Positions 23,411-36,783 of a stretch of 64,000 nucleotides of DNA are shown one piece after another; position 1 is the stretch's first letter, and each line of letters opens with the position of its first letter. This stretch comes from Moniliella sp. 'wahieum'. Taxonomy: Eukaryota. Location of the stretch: positions 744,001 to 808,000 of the forward strand of contig RSEE01000009.1 of the NCBI GenBank assembly GCA_003971905.1. Reading direction: 5' to 3'. The translations under genes and the position numbers were made by a program. Under the pieces are notes generated by a model that saw nothing but the letters and a program-made list of their open reading frames with translations, made no database searches and was not told the DNA's origin.

Positions 23411-24510
23411 CGTTGCGCGCTAAACTCCTAGCACCAGCTACTATTTTCGTTGCACCACCCACGGATGCACACACGGGGATGGCCCTTACGAAGCAGCGCC
23501 AGCGCTGTCGGAAGATGAGGAAGACGAGTCGCCATGTAGGAACTAATAATCGAGAACCTCTCAACGGGACCGATGGGCGCGACGTGGTTAAGCACAACAA
23601 TGCGTTCAACTACACTTGGCTTTCCCCTATGAATGCCATCGAATGAGCATTCGATTAAGTGTCTTGATCTAATCGACAAGCAGGTTTGGATCGGACTCCA
23701 GTTCCGTACTCTGTGGCGTTTTCCTCTTGCGCAGAAGTACAAAAGCATGGTCTGATGTCATCTCTTATTGAGCACAACCTTTTTGGCTTGTACCCGCACC
23801 CATCAGTCTAAATTCACGAGACCTCGCTGGTGCCGATCCTCAAGCTCTTGGTGCGTTTCCATGCCCCTGCACCCGCATCCACAACGAGCCGCGGGTGGAG
23901 AAGGACGATACGAGACGGGGAAGGAAGATCAGGCACATGAACTGCCGAGTGATGGTATTTGGACCATTTTGGTAGGATCACAGGAATGAGGGTGGGCCAC
24001 ATTGTACGGCACTCGGGAATAAAGGAGTCTATGATTGCGTACCTCAAACGGGGATATACACGAGGGAACCGCAACTCCTTTGGAATTCCAGGAAAAGGAG
24101 CTTCTTTGACCGTTGGAGCAAATGGAATGAGACAAGAACAACTCCAAGTACCACGGTGGCCCATTTAAGAGCCTTTCTTCCCCTTGGTCATGACAACACA
24201 CTGATACTATACCATCAAGGCGGCCGACAATGTTTGGGTACTAGAAAGAAGTAAATAACGAGTCTCATTGGAGGTATATGGTTCGCCGCCCACATATCTA
24301 CCACGCTCATTCGCATCCACGCGCGCCCCCTCCGGATTGGAAGCGAACGGCGGGACCAAAGATTTATGACCTTCCTCTGGGGGCTCCCCTGGTGCATTAA
24401 ACGAGACTTGGTGCCATCAAGCAATACATGCCGGATGTGAGCAGGTCGGTTTAGGCGCAGTGTTTCTTTGCCCCACTGGTCTGTGAAAGGTATATGAATG
24501 CAGCAGTAGG
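23400..24510 (+). mobile_element. Old, decayed 5'-truncated copy of the CRE-like retrotransposon
   Basis: ttacgaagcagcgccagcgctgtcggaagatg (23486) matches 14872. TKQRQRCRKM, gacaagaacaactccaagtacca (24131) and decayed 3' UTR ggtcggtttaggcgcagtgtttc..ctgtgaaaggtatatgaatgcag (24444-24503). Confidence 0.75.
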
Positions 24511-24572
24511 ATGTAAGCGATGTGAGATGTGAGCGTTGAACTTCAACGTTGAACGTTGAACCAGCTCTGTAG

Positions 24573-24805
24573 TGTTGAGCCAGGTGGCTCGTGCTTTGGC
24601 CAATGTCCCTTCAGTTCCTCCTCAGGCCTAGGAGTTCCGTTGTTTTTTCTCTCTCCTGTTTTTCCTTGTTCCGCAGCTTAGCCCCTGGTGGCGACTCGCT
24701 GTTTGGTGTTCCTCAGTAGGCGTTGCTGGTTGGCTTAGACCATTACCACTACCACTAGTGCGATTGCATCACCCTCGAGGACCACCTGGACTCCAGGTCT
24801 CATCA
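24573..24805. mobile_element. Solo LTR (family A), 233 bp
   Basis: Starts TGTTGAG and ends CTCATCA (imperfect terminal inverted repeat). Perfect 5-bp TSD TGTAG (24568-24572 and 24806-24810). Near-identical second copy at 62578-62811. Confidence 0.92.
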
Positions 24806-25179
24806 TGTAGGGGCACCCTGATGTAGGCGCTGTAGACTTGCAAGTTGGTGTTGAGAGAAGGTGCGTCCAGGCACTGAACTATATGCCGTAGTAGCCTGGG
24901 GGAGAGGTAGTGAGAGTGCGCTGAACGGCTGACCGCTGATATGCTGCAGCCCATCCTGCATCTGCCCAGCCCGCATTCCGCCAGTATGACTCTGCAGGCC
25001 CAACGGAATTCCGCACCGAGGCCCCAGCTGGCACGTGACCTGCTGTGATTCCGCTGGGCGGTCAGGCCGTGGCCGCTGCCGCGCGTTCAGGGCTGCGCGC
25101 ACAGACCAAGTGGCGGTAACATCAGGGATGGCGGAGGCAACCCCCGATTGCGGTTGCGCCACCTCCACCACCGACCAGC

Positions 25180-26272
25180 ATGTCAGCCAACCCCCTTTCT
25201 GCCAGCCAGCTTCTATCCACCCTCGACAGCATTCTTTCCGCTTCCTCTGGGGCAATCCTGGCCACTCCCCAGGATGCGCTGGCTGCCCTTTCCCACGTCA
25301 TCCTCGCTGCCCTGGGGTTTCGCCTGATCAACCTGGGAGAAGGCCGTCCTGTGCCGCCGCCGCCGGAGACCGAATCGGCCCATCAGCCTCTCCCGTCCAA
25401 CTGGAATGCTTCCGGTCCCGACCTCTATACATTCGGCTACCGACATGACCAGAGCAGTCTCGAGTTCATCATTAAGCTCGTCAAGATGGCCGATCGGATC
25501 CTGATCACAGCCTCGGCCGTCGAACACAACCGCACTGCGGTGTGGGAAATCACGACAGGTGACTTTACCTCGAGTTCTTTCTTTCCTTATACCCCGACGC
25601 AAGGCGAGGCGGCTCCCCTCGCTGACGGCTTCATCACCCTTTCCCCGCCCAAGACTTTGTCGCCGAGTTCAACACGCGTATCGTTCAGCAGATTCTACCG
25701 GGTCTACAGAAAGAGGGCTACGAGCCCATCCCTTCGGGATCGACTTCAACTTCAACTTCTTCCCCTTCGCAGCCTTTGCCAACGTCAGAGCATCCGCCTC
25801 GTGGCCAACCTGTTCCCCCCCTCGGCCCTTAGCACCACCCTTGTCAGGCGAGCCGGATGACCCTACCCTCCCGGATTCTGTTCACCCTCCCTTCGGGTTA
25901 GGACAGCGAGACTTGGATCCCTTTGCTGCCAATCCGCTTCCTTTGCCTGGTCGAGGTGCATTTGGTGGCAGCTTTGCCCCGCCTCCGCTCTTTGGTGGCG
26001 CAGGTGGAGGCGGAGGGATGCTAGTGGGGCCCAACGATCCTTTGTTCCGCGGTCGATTCCCCCCCTCTGGTCCTGCCGGGATTGGTCTGCCTCCCGGCGC
26101 TGTCCCTCCCGGCGCGAATTTCGATCCGATCTTCCCTGGTGGCGCCCGATTCCCGCAAGGGCCAGGCCGAGGCGTGGGACGTGGCGGAGTTCGTGGGCCA
26201 TTGGGTGGCGATCCGGACTTCGATGACTTCCCACCCCCAAGGAACAGCGACTATGACAACATGTTTGGTTAA
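25180..26272 (+). CDS. PI31 proteasome regulator (PSMF1/Fub1 family); frameshift near 25640-25850
   Basis: N-terminal FP domain (ALAALSHVILAALGFRL..YTFGYRHDQSSLEFIIK) and C-terminal GGMLVGPNDPLF, PPGAVPPGANFDPIFP, DPDFDDFPPP..YDNMFG. Confidence 0.88.
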
Positions 26273-26672
26273 TCACAACTAGGCAACCCACTTCGTCATC
26301 TATCCCTCCTCGACCTCATCTTGTACATCGGTGTTTATGACAGTACCTTTTTTGATTCGAAAACCCAATGAAATCTCTGGTAAAATGTCGTGCGCATCCA
26401 TAGAGGTTGGGAAGGGCTGGGAGTAACTCCCTTGACCGCTTGGCGGGGAGGCCATATATCTTTTGACCCGTTCACAGATGCAGGCGTGAGCAATTAACTC
26501 GTTGCTGGTTGGCCGATAGGTAGTTGAACTTGAACGTTCAATGTTCACAGCAGTACCCATGCGCCACGTCGAACGATCCATTTATTCGGAGACTGAGCGG
26601 TGGCTATGATGCTGCTGCTTGCGATGGACATCGCCCATCGTCATCCCGTCGCCACCCCGCCACCACTCCACC

Positions 26673-29055
26673 ATGCTCTGGCTGGCGGTCGTCGCCAGCC
26701 TTTTGCCGCTAGCGGCCACCCGTGTTCTAGCCGACAGCTCCTACGACCAGCCCCCCGCCCTCGACTTTGCCGATGTCCGCCTCGGTCGCCCCGGCCAGGG
26801 TGCGGGCTTACTGGGTCCCCGCTTCCCCGAGGACATGTATGCGCAGCCGGCCTTTAACATGGTCTACGACGAGGCCCACCCTGTAAAGCGCAGCGTTGCT
26901 CTTGCGCTTCTCGAAGGACCTACCACTCATCATACTCTCTTCTCTCCCTCGGCCTGGCCACTGCCCATCTGTGCCATATCCCGCAGCCGCGGCCGCTGCA
27001 GCCGTGGCAGGAGCCTCACTCGGCCGCTGCCTTTCTCCACCGCCATCTTCCAGCGGACCAGGTGAGCAAGGTGGCCATTGAGGATGCACTCGAAGAGGAG
27101 AGAAAGCGGGTCATTGTGCGTGGGCTGGAGCTTCTGGAGCCCATGAAGCTATATTGCATCTACCTAAAGGCCCAGACGGAATGGTTTACCTACTCCTTCT
27201 GCCATGGCCATGCCGTGCGCCAGTTCAGGGCGAAACCCCAGACCTCCGCCGCTCTCATCAAGGCAGTGCAACAGCACATGGAGCAGACAAAAACCAGTGG
27301 TGCAGCAGGTGTCAAGGGCGACTATCGCTTGGTAGGTGGCATGCCCAGTCCGAACAATGATGGTACCACGTACAAATTTGCCATCTCTTCGCCTCAGGGA
27401 GAGGAATCGTTTGTCTATGTGACACCCAAGGATCCACTGGAAGACAAACGTCCGACTCGTACGTACTTGGACATTGGAACAAGGGAGTCGAGCGCGTGGC
27501 CGGAACGGATCTGCATTTCTCCCAACTCTCTCACTCCCCTTTAAGCCACCCAGTCGAGCATGTATCCGACACACTGTCCCAGGGAACGGAGCTCATTGAG
27601 ATTGTTCGTCTCGGGTCAGGAGGACAACAACGATACCTCTCTCAACTTTGGGTGGACGGAACAAGGTGCAACCTTAACGACGAGCGTCGCATGGTCGAGA
27701 TCCAGGTAAATACCTTTCTTTTGTGCTGGTAACTCGAGTAGCTGACACCTGCCCCCTTTGATCAGTATCACTGTATTCAGGAAGGGGATGAACGTATCGC
27801 ATTAATCAAGGAGGTGACCACATGCAACTATGTGGTGGTGATTGAAACGCCTAGGTTGTGTGCCGAACCTGCCTTTTTTGTAGGCCAACAGGACTCGGTC
27901 GAGTATATTACCTGCCGGGAGATTGTGCCGGATGATTGGCAGGCACCTATCCCCTCCCCCGAGGAACCTCTTCCGAGTATCAATTCCACGGAAACCGAAC
28001 CTTTGCTACCCTCTTCTTCAGAGGCCAGCACGTTGGACATTGACCAAACAACAGATCAAGTCGTACTCGCCCCCCAGCTGGATGAGGATGCCCCAACCGA
28101 AGACGCGGGTATTGTTGCAATGGACGCGACAGCGTCCCAGCAACCGGATGCGCCGCAGGGCTCAGAGGGAGAAGCGCCTCTTTCAGAAGATACTACGAAT
28201 ACGGGAACAACTGAGCACAGCGCATCGCCGCAACAGACTCAGGCAGATGCTCCCCCCGACTCGGCTTCTAAATCCGGCCCGCTCAAGGAGAAATCATCCA
28301 AATTAACCGACTTTTCCCCACCTGAGGACGAAGAGGAACTGGTTCTTACATTTATTGCTTTCAACGAAGACGGTCAGGAAGAAGAACAGGACTTTGTCGT
28401 GACGGCTGACGAACTGGAAGCGCTGGGACTAAAGGACCTGATGGACCTCGCCCACAGTGAGCGGGTGGCTGAGATGGAAGTCGGATGGGACCTGTTCGAA
28501 TACCTCCAAGAACGGGAGCGGGTTAACCAGGGGAGCGAGACGCCTGCTGCCGACAAGCCAGTCGAGCCAGCCGAGCCAACCGAGCCGAACAAACAGGTCA
28601 AGCCGGCCGCACAGGAACTGGATCCACAGACAGCCAAGTTAATGAACGCCATGGTTGATTGGCTGCACAACGTGCAAGCTGGGGGTCCCGTGGACGATGG
28701 GCAAAACTTGGTAGGGGATGCGTTGGAGCAAATGAAGGAGAGCCTCCAGCGACAGCAACACCCGAAGCCCCAGGGTGCCCGTTCTGGGGAAAAGCAAGAG
28801 AACCCAGAGGAAGGACAAGTTCCGGTTAACCCCCAGGTTTCGACGCCCAGTGAGGTGAACCCAGTCGGCTCGGACAAAGCTAAGACATCACCCTCAACTC
28901 GGACCACCCAGCCCTCGCTTTTCGACCGTATCTCGGAGTTTTACAAGGAGGATCCACTTGTCCCTGCCTCAGCCGCTATCCCAGCCTCCACTCTGGCTCC
29001 ACAAGAGCAGAGGGACCATACCAAGAGTGAAGAAGGGGACGCCATCTCAAGGTGA
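26673..29055 (+). CDS. YOS9: Yos9/OS-9 ERAD lectin (MRH/PRKCSH domain); frameshifts in N-terminal half
   Basis: Signal peptide MLWLAVVASLLPLAATRVLA. CIYLK..WFTYSFCHGHAVRQFR, YLSQLWVDGTRCNLNDERRMVEIQ/YHC, IKEVTTCNYVVVIETPRLC, followed by a long acidic C-terminus. Intron 27706-27765. Confidence 0.88.
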
Positions 29056-29984
29056 GCCACAAACCGGGGCTGTACGAGAGATACATTCATTGGACTCGTC
29101 CGCTCCCTCATTATCTGGTCTTTCGTGCCTATTTTATGATGGCGATCTGATAGCTGGGTTGCCAGCAAGCCAAGAGAATGATGCGGAGGTATAGGAAGCA
29201 AGATAAAGCGAGCTCAACTCAGGTGCGCCATCGTCTGGAGAATAAGGTCGTGGGAATGGTAATGCCATCCAGCACCACTAGGCAGATAGGTCTGTGAACA
29301 CTTTGGTCCGGATCTGCTACTAGCGTTGCGCGCCGTGACCCGTGACTGGCAACTGGCCGCAATCAGAGGGCCCATAGTGGCTGACAGAGCTAGGGAGCTG
29401 ATCACGAGCACGGAGAGTGAACGAAGTATCGAATGGAAGCGTAGCCAGTCGTGGAGAGAAGACAGGAGGGGACGCGAATAGGAACACAGAAAGAAGGCGC
29501 AGGTGCGCGTCTAGAGCGCTATCCTAGTGCCAACGTGGCATATGGTTTATCTATAGGCCAAGCTAGTATCATCTCTACGTCAAACACTAGCACACTATTC
29601 TGCCTGTTGTGGCCATAAATGGCGTTTGGGGGGTTTGACGTTTATATATGTCCCCAGCACCCCCCTCTCCGATCTGCTACCCGATTGGCACAACCTTTGT
29701 TCAGCGCCAATTCAGTCCATGCGCAAGTCTCCAGACCGTCTCCTCTGCTGGGAACGTGGGGTAACTAGGACGCCCTTTCGGATAATTCTAACAAGTCGCG
29801 GGCAGAGACCATACGCGTAAGCGCCGGACGGGGAGAGGGGCGGAGGTACTGCAGATGATGACATCCGATTGTGAGGTACGGAGAGGTAGCAAACGACTTC
29901 AACTGTCATACATAGAGAAGCTAGACAGGGGGGCAGGTAGGAGAATTGATCGAGCAGGCAAGCAAGTCGGAGAAAGGGCAAGGA

Positions 29985-32900
29985 CTAGTGACGGTACGAG
30001 TCGCCCCTGGACGAAGTGGAGAGGGAATTGTACACATCTGAGCGGCGGTGTTCCCGCGAAAGGTGCGCGGGCGAATGGGGGGGACGTGAGGAGGGCAGGC
30101 TGTTGCGGCCATGATGGACCGAGTCTGAGGACGCGCGGCCGGCACGGCGATGTTCGCGCTCCTCGCGGCTTCGGTACCGGTCTTCATTCGACAAGAGAGT
30201 CCGATCGTGCGAGTGACGAGCGGACGAGGAACGTTCACGGTCCCGGTCCCGGTCCCGACCTGAGCGATGACTTTCCCGTGGTGGGGAGCGTTCACGGTAT
30301 CGTTCATCCCTTGAGCTCGATCCCGCCCCCTCCGAGCGATGCCGCCCTCCGGAGGACAGGCGCGTATGTTCTCCCCGGGCATGATGATCCGATTCCCGTT
30401 TCATCCGCTTATGGTTTGACGAGGCAGGTGGGCTGGCGTCAGACCCTGCTAAGCCCGATGACTTGCGCTTTGACAGACCAGAAGCCGGCGGAACGGTCGA
30501 TGTGGACCGACGCTCGTCGCGCCCCTTATCGAGAGGACTGGATTTGCGCTTCGGCTTGCTCTCTACAGAGGGGCCTGCTGCAACTTTGTTGAAAATCTCT
30601 CGCATCTTGGATGCTTTGAGCTGTCGGAGAGATATGTTGTCAGCGCATCGCAAATAGAAAAGGGAGAAAAACATACCTCAGTAGGCCAGAAGTAGGAGGC
30701 AAACTTCCAGAGATGAAGCTCATGTCGCTCCTTGGCCGCTGGCGATTCGCGGGAATAAGTGGTTTGAAGCACTTCGGCGATCCGCTGTCCAATGGAGGAA
30801 AGACACTCCTTGAGCATGGCCACCTTTCCTCCCGCTCCAGATGGTCGGTTCCTTGACGCAGGCGTTTCAGTTCTTTGCGGCAAGGCCGCATCAGCTCCTT
30901 GCACTCGGCCTCATCCATACTATCCTCGTCAGAAGAGTCAGAGTAGTCCACCGTGGCGCGTTTCTTTGTGGGCGGGGGAGCCTGATGAGAAGCGGCACTG
31001 CCGTGCCCATTGGACATCACGTTACCGCTTGATACGTCAGGCGTGTTGCTACTAGGCCGTTTCAACTTCAACTTCAGCTTATACTCCTCAGGCTCCGCAT
31101 TCATGGCCTTGACGTGTTCGTCATGGTCACGGAGAACCTTGAGCATAGTCAGCCCGGCGCATCAGATGCACTCCGCTTGGGATAGGACGGGAAGAGCGTC
31201 CTCCAGTAGCAGGAGTATCCTTGGTGTCCTTGGCGTCTTGCTCAGGCGAAGCATCCTTCTTCGATGAGCCTTCCGACTTCTTATTCAATCCTTTCTCCTT
31301 TTCTTCCAGGAAAAACTTGCCCGCAAACTCAAGGTCAGGGTCCTGTTCCATTTGATCCCAGGCACCAACGCCATAGCGATAGCATCCAAGGAGAAGATGG
31401 GCGTCGTCCTTAGCGTCCCACGGAACAGACCAACTCATCGTTGTCTTGAGTGACCGGACCGGGATACGCCACCGCACCTGCTCCGGAGGCGTGAGAGGTT
31501 CCAGCGTATCACTCAAAAGCCGCAGGCCGTTGAATCGTAGGTCCGTCGTCTCTGCGTTGATTTTGTCCACCCCACGGAACTTGACAAGCACTGCCTTTTG
31601 ACGCAACTTGGACACATCCTCCCCCTTGGCCATCATGGCCGACATCAAATCATTGTGCTCCTCAACAGCAGCAGTGCAGATGCTCATCAGCTCCCGCACC
31701 GCCTGCATCACCACTGCACGATTCTTACCAGGAAGGCGAGCCTCCTCGATCATCTCGTCGTACCGGTACTCCGGATCGCCCCACTTGTGCAGTCCACGAA
31801 GAAGAGTGCGAAGGTCACGGTCCTTGAGTTCCATCGACTTTTCAGCAGCTGTCTTCATTTTGCGCCGGGGTCCTTGCGCTCCAGCGGCGCCTTTCTTGCC
31901 ACCAGGTCCCTCATCGTCAGGTGAAGCCGACATCGAATCACGGTGTCGTCCGGCGGCAGCGGCCTGGGCCTTGGATTGTTCACCTGCTTTCTCAGCAGCT
32001 TTGCGACGGCTGGTGAGCGAAGCTTGGGCCCTCCTCCACCGCGCGTTGCCGCTCTTCCTCCTCCGCTTTGCGACGGTCCTCGATCGGAATAATGTCCTCC
32101 CACTTGACATCCGTCTTGAAATCAGAAACCTGAGCAAACTGCTTCATGAAAGCCTCACCGCCCGACGAAGCACCTCCACCCGGGCCTTCCGTGTCGATGG
32201 CATCAGCGTGTTTCAGAATGTCATCCAGATCCATATCGTCCAGTTTCTTTTGCTGCCCCGAATCGTCCTCCTTGAACAAACTTTGGGCACCAAACTTGAG
32301 AATCTGGCCCAACTCCTCCTTGGATGGCTGCTGTGCTCGGGCCTGGGCGGCTGCTTGGGTCGAAGAAGCAAAGCTGCTACCCGACGTGTCCATCTGGTTG
32401 ATGATCGCGTACTCAAGCACAATCTTGCGCTTCGCTCGTTCAATCACGTCCTCCTCCACAGTGTCCTTGGTCAAAAAGCGAAAGACCGAAACGTGAAACT
32501 TGGAGTTGAGACGATGAGCGCGCGCCATAGCTTGCAAGTCGTTTTGCGGGTTCCAGTCCGAGTCGAAAATGATCACTGTCAGCCGTGGCGAGGTTGATAC
32601 CCAAGCCACCGGCGCGGGTCGAGAGCAGGAAGGCGAAGTCGGGCGACTCTGGGGCGTTAAAGTGGTCAATCGCCCGACGACGCTTGTCCGAAGATACAGT
32701 GCCGTCGAGGCGCTGGAAGATGTAGCCACGTAGCTGCATAAAGTCGCCAATGATGTCCAGCATCCGCACCATTTGGGAGAAGATGAGAACGCGGTGACCG
32801 TCGGCCTTGAGGCGAGCAAGAAGCTTATCGAGCAAGACCATCTTGCCTGCGTGCATTACCAGTCCCTTGAGCTGCTCATCTCGACCCTCAGCGGGAGGTT

Positions 32901-35210
32901 CAGCGCCCTGGAACAGAAATGGGTGATTGGCCGCCTTCTTTAGCTCCATCGCAATGTTGAGAAGCGAAATCTGGGCGCTGCTGTCTTGACTGAGGACGGA
33001 GAAGTTGCGCGAAAGGATAGCCTTGTACATTCGCCGCTGCATGCCCGACATCTCAACGCGCAGGATCTTCTCCGTCTTGCCTGGCAATTCTTTGATCACG
33101 TCCTTCTTGAGCCGTCGAATCATCACGTTGCCCAACTTGTCATGCAGCTCTGTGACCCGGGCTTGGTCAACCGTGTCAATGTCAAAGTCTGTCTCCAGGG
33201 CAAATTCGTCGGGACGGAGAAAGTGAAGAAGAGCGATGAGCTCCTTGACGTTATTCTGCAATGGAGTACCGGTGATGAGCAGCTTGTTGGCCGTGTGGAA
33301 CGACGAAAGCGCTTCATACAGCTGCGAATCAGAGTTCTTGAGCCGATGCGCCTCGTCAACGGCGAGGTACTGCCATTTGATGTGACCCAACTCGGCGCGA
33401 TCCTTAAGTACAAACTCGTAGGTTGTTACCAGCACGTTGAACTTGATCTTCTTGCCCTGCCCAAACTCGTATTGTCGCATAGTTTCGCGCGACGTCGTAT
33501 TGCCAATGTAGGCAATGACGTTCATGTCGGGGGCCCATTGCTCGAACTGCTGCACCCATGCCGGAAGGGTCGAGAGGGGCACAACCACCAGAAAAGGTCC
33601 ATACTGGTGAACCGAATGGAAGAGGTAAGAGAGAAACGCGACAGTCTGGACCGTCTTGCCCAAACCCATCTCGTCTGCCAAGATGCCGTTTTGGTTCTCG
33701 CGCCAGAGATAGGCAAGCCAATTGAGGCCAGTCATCTGGAACTCCTTGAGCTGCCCTCCAACATTGATGTATTCGGGCTGCTCCGTCATGCGGGTGTACT
33801 TGGGCCGCCCATTAAGGTAAGGGGTGCTGTTGATCGGTACCCGTCTCGACTGGGTACGGGCAATGTACGAATCGATCGCCGGCTTGGCCGAGTCCGGAAG
33901 GGAATGAGACGACTCCCAAGTAGCTTGGTCGTACGGTAGCTCGCGCCATTTGCACAGATATTGCAAGTCATCCCGGCCGCCATTGTCAGGTGAACGCTTG
34001 ATCACGCGCTCCGACACAATCCGTTCCACTTGCTCGTATCGCTCAACTAGCTCCCTGCGTCGTTCCTTCTCGATGGCCAAAGCCTCGATGTCCTCTTGCG
34101 TCGAGAGTGGATTGGATAAGACAGCCTTCTCGTACTCAAACGTCTGCTTGATAAAATTGTCCACCTTCTTGATCCCCAGACACGTGTCGCGTACAAACGC
34201 GTAGCTCTCCTCTGTGTTGTGCAGGTGAGAATAGCCCTTCCACTTGATCGTGAAAACCATGTTGGATTTGGGGTCGTCCTCGGGATCATCGACTTGAGAA
34301 GGGCGGAGTTAATATCATATGTCAGGGAGCCGATGAAAAAGGGGAGAGGAGCGGGAGGGGGGAGGAACGAAACGTACGCTTGGTATCATCACGGGAAATG
34401 GCCAGACTTGGTCAACGACGAATTCGGGCTGTGCATTGTCTTGCCCTTGCTGCTGTTGCCCTTTCTGCGCCTCGATATGATCCTCGAACGGGTCCGAGTC
34501 GGAGCCAGCAAGGTGGGAAAAGTCTTCATTGTAATTGGGCAAAGGTTTGCCGTTGCGGGACGAGAAACGCATCACTCTTCGTCCGTCTCCTCACTCACGG
34601 CACGGGAGCGCGCCGGCTTGGCTCCGCCACGGCGGCGCTTCGCCGCGGCCGACTTGGGACCCGGACGGGTGGTAGGTTTGCGTGCTCTCCGGCGGCCTGC
34701 TTGGCGAACTCGGTCCTCGTCCTCGTCCTCATCGAGTTCGACGTCAGCGTCCAAGTCCTCCTCCTCCTCTTCGAGGTCCGCATCGGACATGTGCACGTCT
34801 TGATCGCGTGCATCGTCTGGCTCCTCGTCCGACTCGGTGATGTAAGATCGCTTGATCGCCCTGCCAGAACGACGGAGCCCATACAGGTCGGGATCCGCTT
34901 CGGCGGCATCGGCCTCGCTGCGGTCGATACGATTGCGCCCTGCCCGACGCACAGGAGCCGACGTTCCTGAAGCCTCGCTGCCAAGCGGAGGCGAGAGGAC
35001 GCGTGCGACGTGATCGGCGGGCGCGGATTCCGAGAGGGGAGGAGGGGGAGAGGCGAGCGCGTCGGGAACGGATGCGGACGCGTTAGCGAGAGCGTTGGCA
35101 GAGGCAGAGGTAGAGACAACAGCAGAAGCAACAGCAGAAGCAGGAGCAGAGACGGAGACGTCGGTGGCCGTCCGCTCATCCTCCGTGTCGCTGGCGGGCG
35201 GGAGACTCAT
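29985..35210 (-). CDS. CHD1: Chd1 chromodomain-helicase-DNA-binding chromatin remodeler; several frameshifts
   Basis: [13 protein letters not shown], chromodomains [14 protein letters not shown] and [19 protein letters not shown]2 motifs [52 protein letters not shown], then SANT/SLIDE and C-terminal regions. Introns ~34293-34377 and 30621-30676. Confidence 0.95.
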
Positions 35211-36702
35211 GCTGGCAGAGAGCCACGTGGGGTTGCTGCTGCTGGCGGAGGGGGCGGTGGCGGTGGTGGTGAGGGTGGTGGTGCTGGTGGGGGAGACGAG
35301 GAAGCAGATGGCGGTGGTGCGTGGGCTGGGCAAATGCTCGTGTGCTCGCGCGGACCGGAGAGAGCGGCGGATGGCTGGGACGGAGGGGAGCGTGTCGGCG
35401 ACGCTGTGCGAAGGGGCGGAATTGGATGGATGCGCAACTGAGCAGTCCAGATGTTCCGGCGCGGCCATCGCGGTTCGTTTGACGCCTGACGCCTGAAAGC
35501 TTCGCCTGGGCCTCCCCTCGCCCCTCGACCCAGCTGCGGCGGCCAGTCGCGCGGGGGCAGTCTCCACCCGCCCGCCGCCCGCGTCCGCTTCCACCGTCGA
35601 CGCCTCAGCCCACTACCGTCCCGCGGCTGCTCTATTGCCCATCCTCTGCCTGCCACCGCTATCCACCCACTGCGTCTCCAAAAATCGTCATTCATTTCGT
35701 CCTCTCGAGCCCCCAGTCCTTCCGCCCGCAGCTGGTCCACGGCTCGCATGCCTAGTCCGCCCGTCGGCCTCCACTGCCAGCGGGGCCGAGGTGACTGGGC
35801 ATGGCAGTTTGCTCCTCGCCAGCGCGTAAGCATACAAGCGCAACGGAATCAGCATGCAACTTACCAGACAAGGAGCCAGTGCACAGCGACAGGCACAGCT
35901 CCGTCACGAGAAAAAGGCCATGTCGAACATCGAATGGCAGATAGGAACGAGAGCCGTCGATGTTGGTAAGACGAACGACTCCAATGTCGAGAGGGTTCCA
36001 GACAAACTTGGGTGTGGCCCGAATCCAACTGAAAACGGACAGTTAGCCCACGATCCAATAAGCCGGCCCAGTGACGGGACGACGGTACCTGTAATGAGAG
36101 GGAAAAATCAACACAAGACGCATTCAGTATCTAAAACAACAGAAGGGCAATGCAACACTCATACGGAGTGGAAAAGCATTCCGTTTCGTCTTGGGGACCA
36201 CCTCGAGGAGTAAGACGAGCTCATGGAGCAGTAGCCTCTGAAAATACCGGTCAAGTTGTGTATTTTTCCATCGAAGCACGAAGGAGGAAACGGCAGGCCT
36301 TGAATCAAGGAGAGCCCAGCAGAAGAGCGGCCATGCACGATCGCGAGGAGTAGCATGGAATAGCAAACAATGCCCCCACCCGGTGGAAATAAATCGAATC
36401 GCATGGCACAAACGCAGAGCAGAAAGACAGGTATCACGGGGCCGTGTAGGAGACGTTGAACGATGTCCCCGTTAAGAGGTAGCATCGCCGCAACTGAAAA
36501 GAGAATCCGGACAACAAAGGCAATCTTGGCTACTTGGTCCAGACGAGGCTCGATGGCTTGGAGTTTGGAAGTAACCGTAGACAATGGGGGTGGGTGGGCG
36601 AGGGTGTGCTGTACCAGCAACGGCAGAGGGAAAATGGTTGTCGGTGACACGACTCGATGTAGTCGTGACAGATGGGACGATGAGCACAATAATGCCCACG
36701 GT

Positions 36703-36783
36703 GGGTGCGACGGGTGCGACGGGTGCGACGGGTGCGACGGGTGCGACGGGTGCGACGGGTGCGACGGGTGCGACGGGTGCGAC
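36703..36783. repeat. Perfect 9-bp minisatellite (GGGTGCGAC)x9 in the CHD1-CDC55 intergenic region
   Basis: Nine exact tandem units read directly. Confidence 0.95.

Noticed and set aside
28950..29060. Yos9 lacks a C-terminal HDEL
   Set aside because: The end may be affected by assembly indels, and not all OS-9 proteins carry HDEL, so this is not interpretable.
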